A DNA stretch of 64,000 bases from Bacteroidota bacterium (GCA_027490055.1 JAIXYV010000040.1:17696-81695), one strand, 5' to 3'. Counted from the stretch's first letter, positions 19,273 through 29,647 are shown. Notes: generated by a model from the sequence alone, not told the origin. Translations and numbers: made by a program.

Positions 19273-19774
19273 AGTTTAATAACATGGCCAGTGCCCAAGG
19301 GAATATCATTTTTACTGTTTGTCCTTTAGGAGGCGATTGAAGATTATTTCGAATAAATCGGATGGCTATTGTAATTTGATTTTCTACGGTCTTTTCAGAG
19401 ATATCAAGCACTGCGGCAATTTCTTTATTGCTTAGGTACTCGCGTCTGCTTAGCACAAAGATTTGCTGGCATTTCGGAGGTAGTTTACTAATCAGCAACT
19501 GAATCTGAACTTCTGTTTCCTTTGCCTGAAGCAGATCGACAGCCGACACCTGATCGGAAGCCACTTCAAAACCCATTTCCATATCGGTGATTTCGATTTT
19601 CTTTTTCTTAAGCCAATTTAGACTTTTGTTTCTGACAATCGTGTATAACAGGGGTTTCAGCGACTGCCCTTCAATCAGTTCATCTCGCTTATCCCAGATT
19701 GCCATAAACGTATCGTTGACGATTTCGTGAGCGTCCTCACGCGAACGGACATACTGCATACAGAACCAGTGCAA
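19271..19774 (-). CDS. ECF-type RNA polymerase sigma-70 factor (5' end uncertain, see findings)
   Basis: Sigma region 2 (EDAHEIVNDTFMAIWDKR) and region 4 HTH (LSNKEIAAVLDISEKTVENQI). The only canonical start in frame is TTG at 19774, which clips helix 2.1. No anti-sigma gene is adjacent. Confidence 0.8.
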   Translation of the reverse strand: MHWFCMQYVRSREDAHEIVNDTFMAIWDKRDELIEGQSLKPLLYTIVRNKSLNWLKKKKIEITDMEMGFEVASDQVSAVDLLQAKETEVQIQLLISKLPPKCQQIFVLSRREYLSNKEIAAVLDISEKTVENQITIAIRFIRNNLQSPPKGQTVKMIFPWALAMLLN

Positions 19775-19835
19775 AGCAGCATGATGTTGTTTAAAAAGGG
19801 TTTCAATAATTTTTAGTTTGTCCGTCTCGATGAGG

Positions 19836-19843
19836 CAAAGTTA
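19836..19843 (-). promoter_or_regulatory. -7 box (TAACTTTG on minus strand) upstream of the ECF sigma ORF
   Basis: Plus-strand caaagtta. On the minus strand it is followed by the 4-nt spacer cctc and then an in-frame ATC (19831). Confidence 0.4.
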
Positions 19844-19916
19844 TAATTAAGAACCTTTTAATTTGAAAAAAAGTATTCACATGTGTCTGTCCCTCTGAAC
19901 TCAGGGGCAACAGAGA

Positions 19917-21011
19917 TTAAGAAAAACGGCCTTTGTATTTCTCTTTAATATCCGACGTAATGTCTTTCACTTCCTGTTCTTTAGACAGGTGAGAAATGAA
20001 GAGAATTTCAGGGGTATCCACGATGATGGCATCTTCGAATCCTTCAACAACCACCAACTTGCCGGGATCAGCTTCTTCGACAATCAGACTGTTTTTAACA
20101 CCGTAAACTTCGATATTATTACCGTGTAACAGGTTATTGTTTTCGTCTTTATCTCTCAGCACGAATAATGACTTCCAGGTACCCAGATCACTCCAACCAA
20201 AATCGACCGGCACGATACCAGCGATCTTAGTTTTCTCCATGATAGCATAATCGATAGAGATACTTTTGCAAAGCGGGTATTGTTTATTGATGAAGGCCTG
20301 TTCCTCGTTGGTATTATATTTTTTGAGGCCTTTTTTGAACAGCTCGTACATATCTGACTGATGTTGTTCAAACTCTGCCAGAATATCCTCGGCTTTCCAG
20401 ACAAAAATACCGCTATTCCATGAAAAATCGCCGCTATCCAGGAAGGTCTGTGCAATCTCTAAGGTTGGTTTTTCGGTAAAAGTCTTTACTCTGTAAACAC
20501 CAGATTCAATTTCTTTTTCGTGGTGTTGAATATAACCATATCCAGTATCCGGGCGGTTTGGTTTAATACCCAGGGTAAGGAGCATTTTGTTAGAAGCTGT
20601 AAAATCCAGTGCACGGTTCAGACTGTCAACAAAGGTCTTTTCGTCGGTGATCAGGTGATCACTTGGAGCGAAAATGATGTTGGCATCTGGATTTTTAGCA
20701 TAGATTTTAAAACTCGCATAGGCGACACATGGCGCCGTGTTCATAGACGCAGGTTCGTCAATGATATTAGCTTCAGGCAGTTCAGGCAACTGATCGTGCA
20801 CCAGAAGCGTGTAACTTGCATTCGTGATGATGTAGATATTCTCAGTTTCTATGAACTGAGCGAAACGGTCGAATGTCAGACGCAGTAGCGATTTTCCAAC
20901 ACCTAAGATGTCGTGAAACTGTTTTGGGTAACTGCGTTTGCTAAGGGGCCAGAAGCGACTTCCGATACCACCTGCCATTATGACGACGTAATTGTTTTTG
21001 TTTTTTTCCAT
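19917..21011 (-). CDS. mannose-1-phosphate guanylyltransferase
   Basis: 364 aa. Nucleotidyltransferase motif VIMAGGIGSRFWPLSKRSYPKQF. Confidence 0.8.
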   Translation of the reverse strand: MEKNKNNYVVIMAGGIGSRFWPLSKRSYPKQFHDILGVGKSLLRLTFDRFAQFIETENIYIITNASYTLLVHDQLPELPEANIIDEPASMNTAPCVAYASFKIYAKNPDANIIFAPSDHLITDEKTFVDSLNRALDFTASNKMLLTLGIKPNRPDTGYGYIQHHEKEIESGVYRVKTFTEKPTLEIAQTFLDSGDFSWNSGIFVWKAEDILAEFEQHQSDMYELFKKGLKKYNTNEEQAFINKQYPLCKSISIDYAIMEKTKIAGIVPVDFGWSDLGTWKSLFVLRDKDENNNLLHGNNIEVYGVKNSLIVEEADPGKLVVVEGFEDAIIVDTPEILFISHLSKEQEVKDITSDIKEKYKGRFS

Positions 21012-21016
21012 TGTGT

Positions 21017-21988
21017 TTATAACAAACCTTCCTTATTTAAATCGTGGATATGAATCATGCCCGTGTAGTTACCGGCCTCCATTACCACTAATTGACTAAT
21101 TTTTGTATTTCTCATGATAACAGCTGCATTAGCTGCCAGTTCAGAGGCTTCGATAGATTTAAAATGAGCATTCATAATATTGGCAGCACAAATACCATCC
21201 AGATTGCTGTTATTCTCTATCATTCTTCTGATATCACCATCGGTAATGATACCGGCAATGCCGTTCTGACCTGCCACCATGGTTGCACCCAAACGATTTT
21301 TGGATATCTCTATGATGACTGTTTTGATGCTATCATTTTCCTGCACCAAAGGCTTCATGTTATTGAGCGCAATATCTTTACAGGTCATGTACAGACGTTT
21401 TCCCAAAGCGCCACCTGGGTGGTATTTAGAGAAATCGTCGGAACTGAAATTTTTACATTTAAGCAGAGCCACAGCCAGAGCATCACCCATGATTAACTGA
21501 GCAGTGGTGCTGGTAGTAGGTGCAAGGTTATTCGGACAGGCTTCTTTTTCAACTGTGGTGTTTAACACAAAATTAGCTGCTTTGGCCAAACTCGATTCGA
21601 TATTCCCTACCATGGCCACCAGAGGATTGCCGAACTGTTTCAGCAAAGGCGCCAGGGCTTTGATTTCAGGGGTATTTCCACTTTTAGAAATGGCAATTAC
21701 CACATCATCGGTTTGAATGATTCCAAGATCGCCGTGAATAGCATCCGCCGCATGCATAAAAATAGAAGGAGTCCCTGTAGAATTCATGGTTGCCACAATT
21801 TTCTGAGCAATGATGGCACTTTTACCAATTCCGGTAATGACTACCCTACCCTTACTGTTGAGAATTAACTGAACCACACCAGCAAAGGCCTCGTCGATAT
21901 AAGACGTCATTACCGACAAGCTGTCAAGCTCGTCTGTGATACAGGCTTTTCCGTAATGGATGATGTCAGTGGTGTTTTCGCGACTCAT
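21017..21988 (-). CDS. kdsD: KpsF/GutQ family arabinose-5-phosphate isomerase
   Basis: 323 aa. SIS domain (GIGKSAIIAQKIVATMNSTGTPS) followed by a CBS pair. Confidence 0.85.
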   Translation of the reverse strand: MSRENTTDIIHYGKACITDELDSLSVMTSYIDEAFAGVVQLILNSKGRVVITGIGKSAIIAQKIVATMNSTGTPSIFMHAADAIHGDLGIIQTDDVVIAISKSGNTPEIKALAPLLKQFGNPLVAMVGNIESSLAKAANFVLNTTVEKEACPNNLAPTTSTTAQLIMGDALAVALLKCKNFSSDDFSKYHPGGALGKRLYMTCKDIALNNMKPLVQENDSIKTVIIEISKNRLGATMVAGQNGIAGIITDGDIRRMIENNSNLDGICAANIMNAHFKSIEASELAANAAVIMRNTKISQLVVMEAGNYTGMIHIHDLNKEGLL

Positions 21989-22132
21989 GAAGAAGTATCC
22001 AAAAAGTTTTGCAAATTAAAGCCAAAAATTGATAAGAAAAATTTTTTTAAATTGATTTGGTAATATGGTCGCAACAGTATTAATTTAGTGTACTTAATTG
22101 GTTAAGTTAAAACACAAGTAAATAAAAGAGGT

Positions 22133-24331
22133 ATGAGTATAGCGCAGAGACCGTTGGACGCAAAACAAGCATTAAAAGACTTTTTCGGATTTGATGGATT
22201 TAAAGGTAATCAGGAAGTGATTATCGAAAGTGTATTAAATCGCGAGGATTGTTTTGTGATTATGCCTACTGGTGCCGGAAAATCGCTCTGCTATCAGTTA
22301 CCTGCTTTGATGTTACCCGGAACAGCCATCATTATCTCGCCGCTGATCGCCTTGATGAAAAATCAGGTGGATAGTATCAGAGGATTTGGAGAAAATGACA
22401 ATATCGCCCACTTTTTAAATTCATCGCTTTCTAAAAGTGAAATTACCAAGGTTAAGGATGATATGGGTGCCGGCAATACCAAATTGTTGTATGTAGCACC
22501 GGAAACTTTAAAGAAAGAAGAAACCATCGAGTTTCTAAAAAGTATAGAAATATCATTTGTAGCAATTGATGAAGCGCATTGTATTAGCGAGTGGGGGCAC
22601 GACTTCCGTCCGGAGTACCGCCGTATCAAACAAATGATCAAAGAAATTAACGATGTGCCAATGATTGCCCTTACGGCAACTGCTACCCCAAAGGTTCAGA
22701 GTGATATTCAGAAAAATCTTGGCATGAGCGAAGCTAAGGTCTACAAATCATCGTTTAACAGAACTAATCTGTATTACGAGGTGCGACCAAAAGGCAGCAA
22801 GGAAAGGGTTTTTAAAGACATTATTTCTATTATTAAAAACCGTCCTGAAAAGTCAGGTATCATTTATTGCTTAAGTCGCAAACGCGTTGAGGAGATAGCA
22901 GAGATGCTGACCTTAAATGGCGTTAAGGCTTTGCCATACCACGCCGGACTGGATGCTAAAACCAGAGTTCACAACCAGGATGCCTTCCTGATGGAAGAGT
23001 GTCACGTCATTGTCGCCACTATTGCGTTTGGTATGGGTATCGATAAACCAGATGTGCGTTTTGTCATTCACTTTGACGTGCCAAAAAGTCTTGAAGGATA
23101 CTACCAGGAGACAGGCAGAGGCGGCAGAGATGGCTTTGAAGGCGATTGTATTTTATTCTACAACCCGAGCGATATTGAAAAGCTCGAGAAGTTTATGAAA
23201 GATAAACCGGTAGCTGAGCGCGAAATAGGCACTCTTTTACTGGATGAGACCTCTGCCTTTGCAGAGAGTTCGCAATGTCGCAGAAGAACCTTACTGAACT
23301 ATTTCGGCGAGAGTTTTGATGACGAGAATTGCAATCAGATGTGCGACAATTGCAGACATCCTAAACCTAAAACAGATGTTAGCAATGAAGTCGTTACCGC
23401 TTTAAAAGCTTTGGATACCCTAAAAGCTGAAATGGAAATCAACCACCTGGTAAATTTCATCATCGGCAAAAAGTCAGATTCAGTCAAAGACCACGGTCAC
23501 GATCAACTACCAATGTTTGGTGTGGGCAAAGACCACGACAAAGTATACTGGAAAGGCGTTATCAGAATTTGTCTTCTGAATACTTATATCAACAAGAACA
23601 TTGAAAAATATGGCTTGTTAAGTGTTACAGAAGCTGGTCATCAGGCCATAGCACATCCTAAGAAATTTGAGATGGCTCTGGATACCGAATTTGAATTTGT
23701 AAGCGACGAAGACTTTGAAAATGCCGTACTGGAAAGTATTGCAGACGAAGTGCTGATGCGCGAACTTAAAGACTTAAGAAAGAAAGTCTCCAAGCAGGTT
23801 GGCTTACCGCCTTATGTTATCTTCCAGGATCCATCCTTGGATGATATGGCAACCCGCTACCCTATCAGCATGGATGAATTAGAAAAGATCCATGGTGTTG
23901 GTAAAAACAAAGCACAAAAATACGGACAGCCTTTCATTGACCTGATAGATCAGTATGTGAAAGTTAATAATATCGAGCGTCCAATGGATGTGGTGGTAAA
24001 AACCTCTGGTGAAAAATCTAAGAAGAAAATTGCCATTATCCTTAACATCGATAAGAAAATGGCTTTAGAGGATATTGCCCGTTCACAGGGTGTCAGCTAT
24101 CAGGAGTTGATGGAAGAGCTGGAACAAATGGTGACCATGGGCACTAGTTTGGATCTGCACTATTGCATTGACGAGATTATCGAAGAAGAATATCAGGAAG
24201 AGATTTTTGAGTATTTCAGAAATCAGGAGGAAGACGATCTGAACCAGGCTGTCATCGATTTCGACAACGATTTCACTTACGAAGAATTACAGCTGATGCG
24301 CTTGCAGTTCATCAGCAATATGGCGAACTAA
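22133..24331 (+). CDS. recQ: ATP-dependent DNA helicase RecQ
   Basis: 732 aa. Contains [11 protein letters not shown], the DEAH box ([19 protein letters not shown]), a Zn-binding Cys cluster (CRRR...CNQMCDNC) and a C-terminal HRDC-like region. Confidence 0.95.
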   Translation: MSIAQRPLDAKQALKDFFGFDGFKGNQEVIIESVLNREDCFVIMPTGAGKSLCYQLPALMLPGTAIIISPLIALMKNQVDSIRGFGENDNIAHFLNSSLSKSEITKVKDDMGAGNTKLLYVAPETLKKEETIEFLKSIEISFVAIDEAHCISEWGHDFRPEYRRIKQMIKEINDVPMIALTATATPKVQSDIQKNLGMSEAKVYKSSFNRTNLYYEVRPKGSKERVFKDIISIIKNRPEKSGIIYCLSRKRVEEIAEMLTLNGVKALPYHAGLDAKTRVHNQDAFLMEECHVIVATIAFGMGIDKPDVRFVIHFDVPKSLEGYYQETGRGGRDGFEGDCILFYNPSDIEKLEKFMKDKPVAEREIGTLLLDETSAFAESSQCRRRTLLNYFGESFDDENCNQMCDNCRHPKPKTDVSNEVVTALKALDTLKAEMEINHLVNFIIGKKSDSVKDHGHDQLPMFGVGKDHDKVYWKGVIRICLLNTYINKNIEKYGLLSVTEAGHQAIAHPKKFEMALDTEFEFVSDEDFENAVLESIADEVLMRELKDLRKKVSKQVGLPPYVIFQDPSLDDMATRYPISMDELEKIHGVGKNKAQKYGQPFIDLIDQYVKVNNIERPMDVVVKTSGEKSKKKIAIILNIDKKMALEDIARSQGVSYQELMEELEQMVTMGTSLDLHYCIDEIIEEEYQEEIFEYFRNQEEDDLNQAVIDFDNDFTYEELQLMRLQFISNMAN

Positions 24332-24343
24332 GACGTTCAGCAT

Positions 24344-24382
24344 AAAAAAAGGGGTTAAATCATCTGATTTAACCCCTTTTTT
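24344..24382. terminator. bidirectional intrinsic terminator after recQ
   Basis: aaaaaaaggggttaaatcatctgatttaacccctttttt: 10-bp stem flanked by an A-run and a T-run. Confidence 0.8.
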
Positions 24383-24396
24383 GTGGTATAAGAATT

Positions 24397-24639
24397 TTAA
24401 TTGATCGATCCTCTAACACGCTGACTGTAGGCTCTGACAGCCTGATTGATATTTAATCCCTCGGCGGCCATGACTTCCTGACAGAAAATAGCAGCAAGGG
24501 TATGTGTTAGTTGTTCACCCTCATCTACGCCTTCGATGTCTATCTGAAGCGGACGTTCATTCATCAAATCATCTTCTGCCTGTTTCAGTTGCTCGGCAGT
24601 GTACGATTCTACAATGTGTTTAATGATTTGGATATTCAT
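24397..24639 (-). CDS. hypothetical 80-aa acidic protein, coupled to the thioredoxin gene
   Basis: The ORF overlaps the upstream thioredoxin gene by 4 nt (ATGA type). No motif recognised. Confidence 0.4.
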   Translation of the reverse strand: MNIQIIKHIVESYTAEQLKQAEDDLMNERPLQIDIEGVDEGEQLTHTLAAIFCQEVMAAEGLNINQAVRAYSQRVRGSIN

Positions 24640-24947
24640 AGTGTTTCCAGCATTTGAACAAACATATCTTCCTTGGTGGTGCTTTTGGTTTCTACAAGCA
24701 CACCATCTTTAAATGTAGCAAAGAATGGCAGGGTATCGACATTCGCCATTTTTCTGGCAGTCGGGTTATGCTCGGCATTGACGTCGAGGAAAACAATATC
24801 CTTAAAGCGCTCATCGTCGCTTAATCTTCTGAATTTTGGGGCGAACAGTTTGCAACTGCCACACCAGTCGGCGTAATATTTAACGACTACCTTACCAGAC
24901 TGAATATCGCTGGCGAATTTTGCATCTTCGGATGTTATAACTGACAT
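24636..24947 (-). CDS. thioredoxin family protein
   Basis: 103 aa with active-site WCGSCK in a thioredoxin-length protein. Confidence 0.8.
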   Translation of the reverse strand: MSVITSEDAKFASDIQSGKVVVKYYADWCGSCKLFAPKFRRLSDDERFKDIVFLDVNAEHNPTARKMANVDTLPFFATFKDGVLVETKSTTKEDMFVQMLETL

Positions 24948-24965
24948 AGTATTTTTATTTGAAGC

Positions 24966-25691
24966 TTATTTGTATTTATCGACCATTGCATTGATTTCCT
25001 CTTCGCTGACGGCACCTACTGAACGGTATACCTCCTTATTGTTTTTTATGTACACCAGTAAAGGAATCTGAAACGCTTTATATTCTTCCGCCAGGTCAGG
25101 GCGCTTATCGGTATCGATGCTGTAAACTATCACTTCTGAGGCTCTGTTGTCGTGCAATCTGTGTACATATGGCTCTATCAATTTGCAAGGCTTGCACCAA
25201 ACGGCGTTAAAATCTACCACTACCAGTTTACTGCCTTTACGCGCCACCTCAAACGGAATTGTATCGCTCTCGTAGATTGTCTTTTCTTTCTGAGCTTCCA
25301 CAGGCAGGCCCGCACCTTTCCAATCGCTAAATCCACCTTTTAAAACAAAGAGGTCTTTGAATTCAAGGGCATTTAGTTTTTGAGCAACGAGTATGGCCTC
25401 TGACTCTGTATTGCCGTAGATATAGGTCGGCACATCTGAATAAAGCAAGTTTGACATCGCATTAAAATCAGCATTAGTACTGATATTAATAGCTTTGGCA
25501 ATATGTTCTTTTTTAAATTCCTCTTCAGAACGAATGTCCAGCACCTGAGCATTGGGCTCGCTTACCTTCGCTTTGAAATCATTCAATTCGAGCACAGAGT
25601 TATTGTTTTTGTTCTGACAAGCAGAGACAAACAAAAGTGCGGCAACAAATACTACTCTGTTCATTGGGTGCAAAATTAGCTTCTTAAACAT
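24966..25691 (-). CDS. lipoprotein with rhodanese-like domain fused to a thioredoxin domain
   Basis: 241 aa with lipobox VSAC. Rhodanese-like block (VLDIRSEEEFKKEHIAKAINI ... LKGGFSDWKGAGLP) has Gly where the catalytic Cys is expected (YIYGNTES). The C-terminal thioredoxin has WCKPCK. Confidence 0.7.
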   Translation of the reverse strand: MFKKLILHPMNRVVFVAALLFVSACQNKNNNSVLELNDFKAKVSEPNAQVLDIRSEEEFKKEHIAKAINISTNADFNAMSNLLYSDVPTYIYGNTESEAILVAQKLNALEFKDLFVLKGGFSDWKGAGLPVEAQKEKTIYESDTIPFEVARKGSKLVVVDFNAVWCKPCKLIEPYVHRLHDNRASEVIVYSIDTDKRPDLAEEYKAFQIPLLVYIKNNKEVYRSVGAVSEEEINAMVDKYK

Positions 25692-25733
25692 TATAAATAA
25701 AATTAATTAGATTCATATAGATATAGTTAATAT

Positions 25734-26030
25734 CTATTTACCGAATAAATTACCCAGTCCTGGCAAGCCCGCAATATCCGCGACATCACCCATTGCTGCT
25801 TTTTCGGCAGCAGAAAGAGCATTGTTGATGGCCAGAGTAAGGCTGTCTTCGAGGCGCGACTTGTCAGCCATCATCTCTTCGGAGATATGAACAGCCAGAA
25901 TTTTGCGGTTAGCGTTACAATCAACGGTGATACCATTGGTCACCTCAGTAACAGTAATAGATTCGAGTTTGGCCTTTAGTTCTTCGGCCTTCTTCTTCAT
26001 TTCGAGTAATTGAGAAATATTTCCAAACAT
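25734..26030 (-). CDS. ybaB: YbaB/EbfC family nucleoid-associated protein
   Basis: 98 aa. Shows the MFGNISQLLEMKKKAEELKAKL... pattern and length typical of YbaB. Confidence 0.85.
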   Translation of the reverse strand: MFGNISQLLEMKKKAEELKAKLESITVTEVTNGITVDCNANRKILAVHISEEMMADKSRLEDSLTLAINNALSAAEKAAMGDVADIAGLPGLGNLFGK

Positions 26031-26034
26031 GTTT

Positions 26035-26042
26035 CAAAATTA
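26035..26042 (-). promoter_or_regulatory. -7 box (TAATTTTG on minus strand), 4 nt before the ATG at 26030
   Basis: Plus-strand caaaatta. Spacer is 4 nt. Confidence 0.45.
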
Positions 26043-26078
26043 CAAGAAAAACCTGAGATTAAATTATGATATTCCTTA

Positions 26079-27746
26079 TCATGAAAGGCCGCTGATGACC
26101 CCATTATCATCAATATGCATACCTTCAGAGGCCGGCACATCTGGTAAGCCTGGCATACGCATCATACTTCCTAGGATAGGGATAATAAATCCAGCGCCAG
26201 AGGCAATTTCAAATTCGCGCACCGTAATGGTAAAGCCTCTTGGTCTGCCAATCTTCTTCTCGTTATCGGTAAACGACTTTTGGGTTTTAGCCATACAGAT
26301 TGGCAAATGTCCCAGACCAATTTTCTCCAGCCTTCTTAAATCGGCATTCGCTGTAGCGGTGTATTCAACATCATCGGCGCCATAGATGGTTGTTGCGATG
26401 GTTTTAATTTTATCTTTCACCGGACTGTTCCAATCGTACAAAGGTTTAAAATTATTGGTGCCCTTTTCAATTTCATTTACCACTGCCTGAGCCAGATCTT
26501 TGGTACCATTTCCGCCTTCGGCCCAACCGCGACTTAAGATAGCTTGCACATTCATTGCCTGACAAAGGGTTTGTAAAAGCTGAATTTCCTCGTCAGAATC
26601 TGTCACAAAATGGTTTATCGCCACTATAGGATTAATGCCGAAACTACGGGCATTCTCGATATGCTTCTGTAAATTCTCAAAACCCTTCTCCACCTTCTTT
26701 ATATCCGGGGTATTTAGCTCTTCAGGCAGAGCTCCGCCGTGGTGCCTTAGGGCTCTGATTGTTGCTACCAAGACCATAGCATGCGGTTTCAATCCGGCAT
26801 ACCCGCATTTAATATTCATAAATTTCTCTGCTCCCAGGTCGGCACCGAAGCCAGCTTCAGTCACCACATAATCACCGAGCGACAAACCCATTTTAGTGGC
26901 GAGAATGGTATTGGTACCTTGAGCGATATTGGCAAACGGACCGCCATGAAGAATGGCAGGATTCCCTTCAAGGGTCTGCACCAGATTTGGCTTAACGGCA
27001 TCCTTTAATAAAATCGCCATAGCTTCTTGCACATTCAGTTCGCGGGCATATACTGGCTGGTTATCATAGGTAAAGCCGACTAAGATATTGCCAATTTTTT
27101 CTTTAAGATCAGACAAACTCTGAGACATACAAAGAATTGCCATGATTTCAGAGGCTGCTGTAATATTGAAACCATCAGAGCGCATCACCCCATTTGCTTT
27201 ACCGCCAATACCGATGATAATATCACGCAGACTTCTGTCGTTCATATCAATAACCCTTTTCCATAGCACAGATCGAGGATCTATTTTAACAGGGTGTTTG
27301 GGATTTCTGATTACATTATCTATGATTGCTGCCAGGAAATTATTGGCCTTTTCAACCGCGCTAAAATCGCCGGTAAAATGCAGATTGATATCCTCCATAG
27401 GCACAACCTGAGAATAGCCCCCACCAGCAGCGCCACCTTTGATACCGAAAACCGGACCAAGAGAAGGCTCTCTTAATACCACGATCGATTTCCTGCCTAT
27501 TTTATTCAAGCCTTCATTCAAACCAATAGATACGGTAGTCTTGCCCTCTCCTGCCGGCGTTGGCGTGATAGCAGATACCAGAATAAGTTTCGACTGCTGT
27601 ACTTTTTCAGCATTAATTAAAGTAAGCGGCAGTTTAGCTTTATAGCGACCATAATATTCGAGATCAGTTTCTGGAATATTAAGCTTTTCGGCTACCTGTT
27701 GAATAGGCAACATTTTAACGGATTGGGCAATGGCTATATCTGACAT
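26079..27746 (-). CDS. fhs: formate--tetrahydrofolate ligase
   Basis: FTHFS signatures: SDIAIAQ N-terminus, P-loop TPTPAGEGKTT, and GFGADLGAEKF. The track ORF begins at a TTG (27767). The ATG at 27746 (MSDIAIAQ...) fits the family N-terminus better. Confidence 0.95.
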   Translation of the reverse strand: MSDIAIAQSVKMLPIQQVAEKLNIPETDLEYYGRYKAKLPLTLINAEKVQQSKLILVSAITPTPAGEGKTTVSIGLNEGLNKIGRKSIVVLREPSLGPVFGIKGGAAGGGYSQVVPMEDINLHFTGDFSAVEKANNFLAAIIDNVIRNPKHPVKIDPRSVLWKRVIDMNDRSLRDIIIGIGGKANGVMRSDGFNITAASEIMAILCMSQSLSDLKEKIGNILVGFTYDNQPVYARELNVQEAMAILLKDAVKPNLVQTLEGNPAILHGGPFANIAQGTNTILATKMGLSLGDYVVTEAGFGADLGAEKFMNIKCGYAGLKPHAMVLVATIRALRHHGGALPEELNTPDIKKVEKGFENLQKHIENARSFGINPIVAINHFVTDSDEEIQLLQTLCQAMNVQAILSRGWAEGGNGTKDLAQAVVNEIEKGTNNFKPLYDWNSPVKDKIKTIATTIYGADDVEYTATANADLRRLEKIGLGHLPICMAKTQKSFTDNEKKIGRPRGFTITVREFEIASGAGFIIPILGSMMRMPGLPDVPASEGMHIDDNGVISGLS

Positions 27747-28005
27747 AATGGATTTGTTAAAAGACAATATTAAAGTATTTTTTTGAGACTATTTATTGAT
27801 AATGCTCATCCTGTAAAAATTTAAAACCCTCATTTTCAATACACAAAAACATAAATTTAATTTATTTTTAAATACCACCTGCAACCTAAACAAGAAGTCG
27901 ATGTCCAACTTACAAGAAACACAAAATGATTGATGCTTTAGAATCAGGGGCCCCGTTCGAAAAGCAAAGATTGCAACACAAACTTAAAAAAACACATTCA
28001 AAGTC

Positions 28006-28683
28006 ATGAAAAACAAAATGAACTTATGGTTAGCATCAGTAGCTTTTGCAGCCATCATCTTTACCAGCTCTTGTTCAAAAGAACAAACACCAGTTAGCGC
28101 TACCCCTGCAAGCGCTAATGAATTAAGCATCCCTGAAGTAGACCAGTTGGCGCTACAGGCAGACGAAGCTTTCATTAATACAGACATCATAGGTGGCAGT
28201 GAAACAGAAGAATTTTCATTGAGCAACGATGGTATTCCAGATCAATACATGGTGAGTGAATCTACAGCGGATGAAATCAATACCACTAAACGCGATGGCA
28301 ATGCTCGTCGTATGCGTGCCTGCCTTAAAGAGCTTGAATTAAGTGGCGAACAGATTGCCAAGATCCGCATCATATTCAGAAACTACGAAGACTGCAACAA
28401 ATATGTGATTGGCAGACACCGCAATGCCATGCAGGAACTCACTGTAAAAATGAATGACAAACTTAAATTACTGGTTAAAGCATTCAGAGATGGTCGCATC
28501 ACCAAAGAAGAATTTGAAGCTAAAGTAAAATCTTTGCGCGCCGAATTCCAAACCTTAAAAAATGCACTTGCTGAGAAATCAAGATCAGCCCTGAAAGAGT
28601 GTTACACAAGACTATTAAGAGGCTTGAATCAGGTAATGACAGAAAGACAATGGAAAGCATTTGTAAATTGCTACAGAATCTAA
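28006..28683 (+). CDS. hypothetical lipoprotein, possibly Spy/CpxP-like (LTxxQ-type motifs)
   Basis: 225 aa with lipobox TSSC. Helical C-terminal half has LSGEQIAKI and MTERQWKAF, reminiscent of LTxxQ motifs. Assignment is weak. Confidence 0.35.
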   Translation: MKNKMNLWLASVAFAAIIFTSSCSKEQTPVSATPASANELSIPEVDQLALQADEAFINTDIIGGSETEEFSLSNDGIPDQYMVSESTADEINTTKRDGNARRMRACLKELELSGEQIAKIRIIFRNYEDCNKYVIGRHRNAMQELTVKMNDKLKLLVKAFRDGRITKEEFEAKVKSLRAEFQTLKNALAEKSRSALKECYTRLLRGLNQVMTERQWKAFVNCYRI

Positions 28684-28709
28684 AAACACATACTGAAAAC
28701 ACCTTAAAA

Positions 28710-28737
28710 AGTTCGCTAGCAATAGCGGACTTTTTTT
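28710..28737. terminator. intrinsic terminator hairpin shared by convergent genes
   Basis: agttcgct-agcaat-agcggact followed by ttttttt: 8-bp stem with one G-U pair. It overlaps the stop of the DUF58 gene. Confidence 0.6.
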
Positions 28738-29638
28738 ATTTCATCTTCTGGCGCTTTACAAAAAACGGCATCAGAATCTGGCTAAAATCTTTTCTGACAT
28801 CGGCTTCGACGTAATCAATTTTATACTGATTACACTTCATTCTTAACGCCGAATTAAAACTTTGAATTTGCTGAAGATAATGCGCTTTAACATCCTCGGG
28901 ATACAACTTTAACTCCTCACCCGACTCTGCATCTACAAACTTATAAGGTCTGTTAGTAAAATCAAATTCAAGTTCTGTTGCCCCATCGACTATATGGAAT
29001 ATAATGACCTCATGTTTGCGAAACTTCAGGTGCTGAAGGGCATTAAACAAAGCATCCGGATCTTCGGCTGCATCAAACATATCACTGAATATCACAACCA
29101 GACTTCGTCTATGAATTTGCTCAGCAATCTGGTTCAGCGTATCGGTAACATTGGTAGTGGTTTTTTGTGGTTCTGCAGACAGGGCTTTCTGAAGTTCGTT
29201 GATCACCAGTCTGTAATGCGACAAAGAGGATCTAACATCCAGACTGCTGACGATATGATCACTAAACTGATACAGACCAAAGGCATCCCTTTGTTTCTTC
29301 ATCAGATTGGCAAGTACAGCAGCGCCTATAGCGGCAAAGCGAATTTTATCATTGGTGTCTTTCGGATAATACATGCTTGGCGATACATCCAAAAGCAAGT
29401 GGCATCTCAGATTAGTTTCCTCGTCAAAGCGCTTGACAAATAATTTATCAGTTCTGCCGTATAATTTCCAATCGATGTTTTTAGTTGACTCACCAGTATT
29501 GTACAAACGGTGTTCGGCGAATTCAACCGAGAAGCCATGAAACGGACTTTTATGCATCCCCGTGATAAAGCCCTCTACCACCTGAGCTGCAAGCAGATCG
29601 AGGTTATCAAATGAGACGGCAATTTCCTGGAGATTCAT
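28736..29638 (-). CDS. DUF58 domain-containing protein (vWA-like, MoxR-partner family)
   Basis: 300 aa. Contains SPFHGFSVEFAEHRLYNTGESTKNIDWKLYGRTDKLFVKRFDEE, the hallmark block of DUF58. Confidence 0.8.
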   Translation of the reverse strand: MNLQEIAVSFDNLDLLAAQVVEGFITGMHKSPFHGFSVEFAEHRLYNTGESTKNIDWKLYGRTDKLFVKRFDEETNLRCHLLLDVSPSMYYPKDTNDKIRFAAIGAAVLANLMKKQRDAFGLYQFSDHIVSSLDVRSSLSHYRLVINELQKALSAEPQKTTTNVTDTLNQIAEQIHRRSLVVIFSDMFDAAEDPDALFNALQHLKFRKHEVIIFHIVDGATELEFDFTNRPYKFVDAESGEELKLYPEDVKAHYLQQIQSFNSALRMKCNQYKIDYVEADVRKDFSQILMPFFVKRQKMK

Positions 29639-29647
29639 AGTAGCATA

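Noticed and set aside
27768-28005. Riboswitch (ZTP/pfl or THF type) in the 238-nt region upstream of fhs
   Set aside because: The minus-strand leader lacks the conserved ZTP pseudoknot strings (for example CCGCCTGGGC) and shows no convincing paired elements. The region is AT-rich and is shared with the divergent lipoprotein gene promoter.
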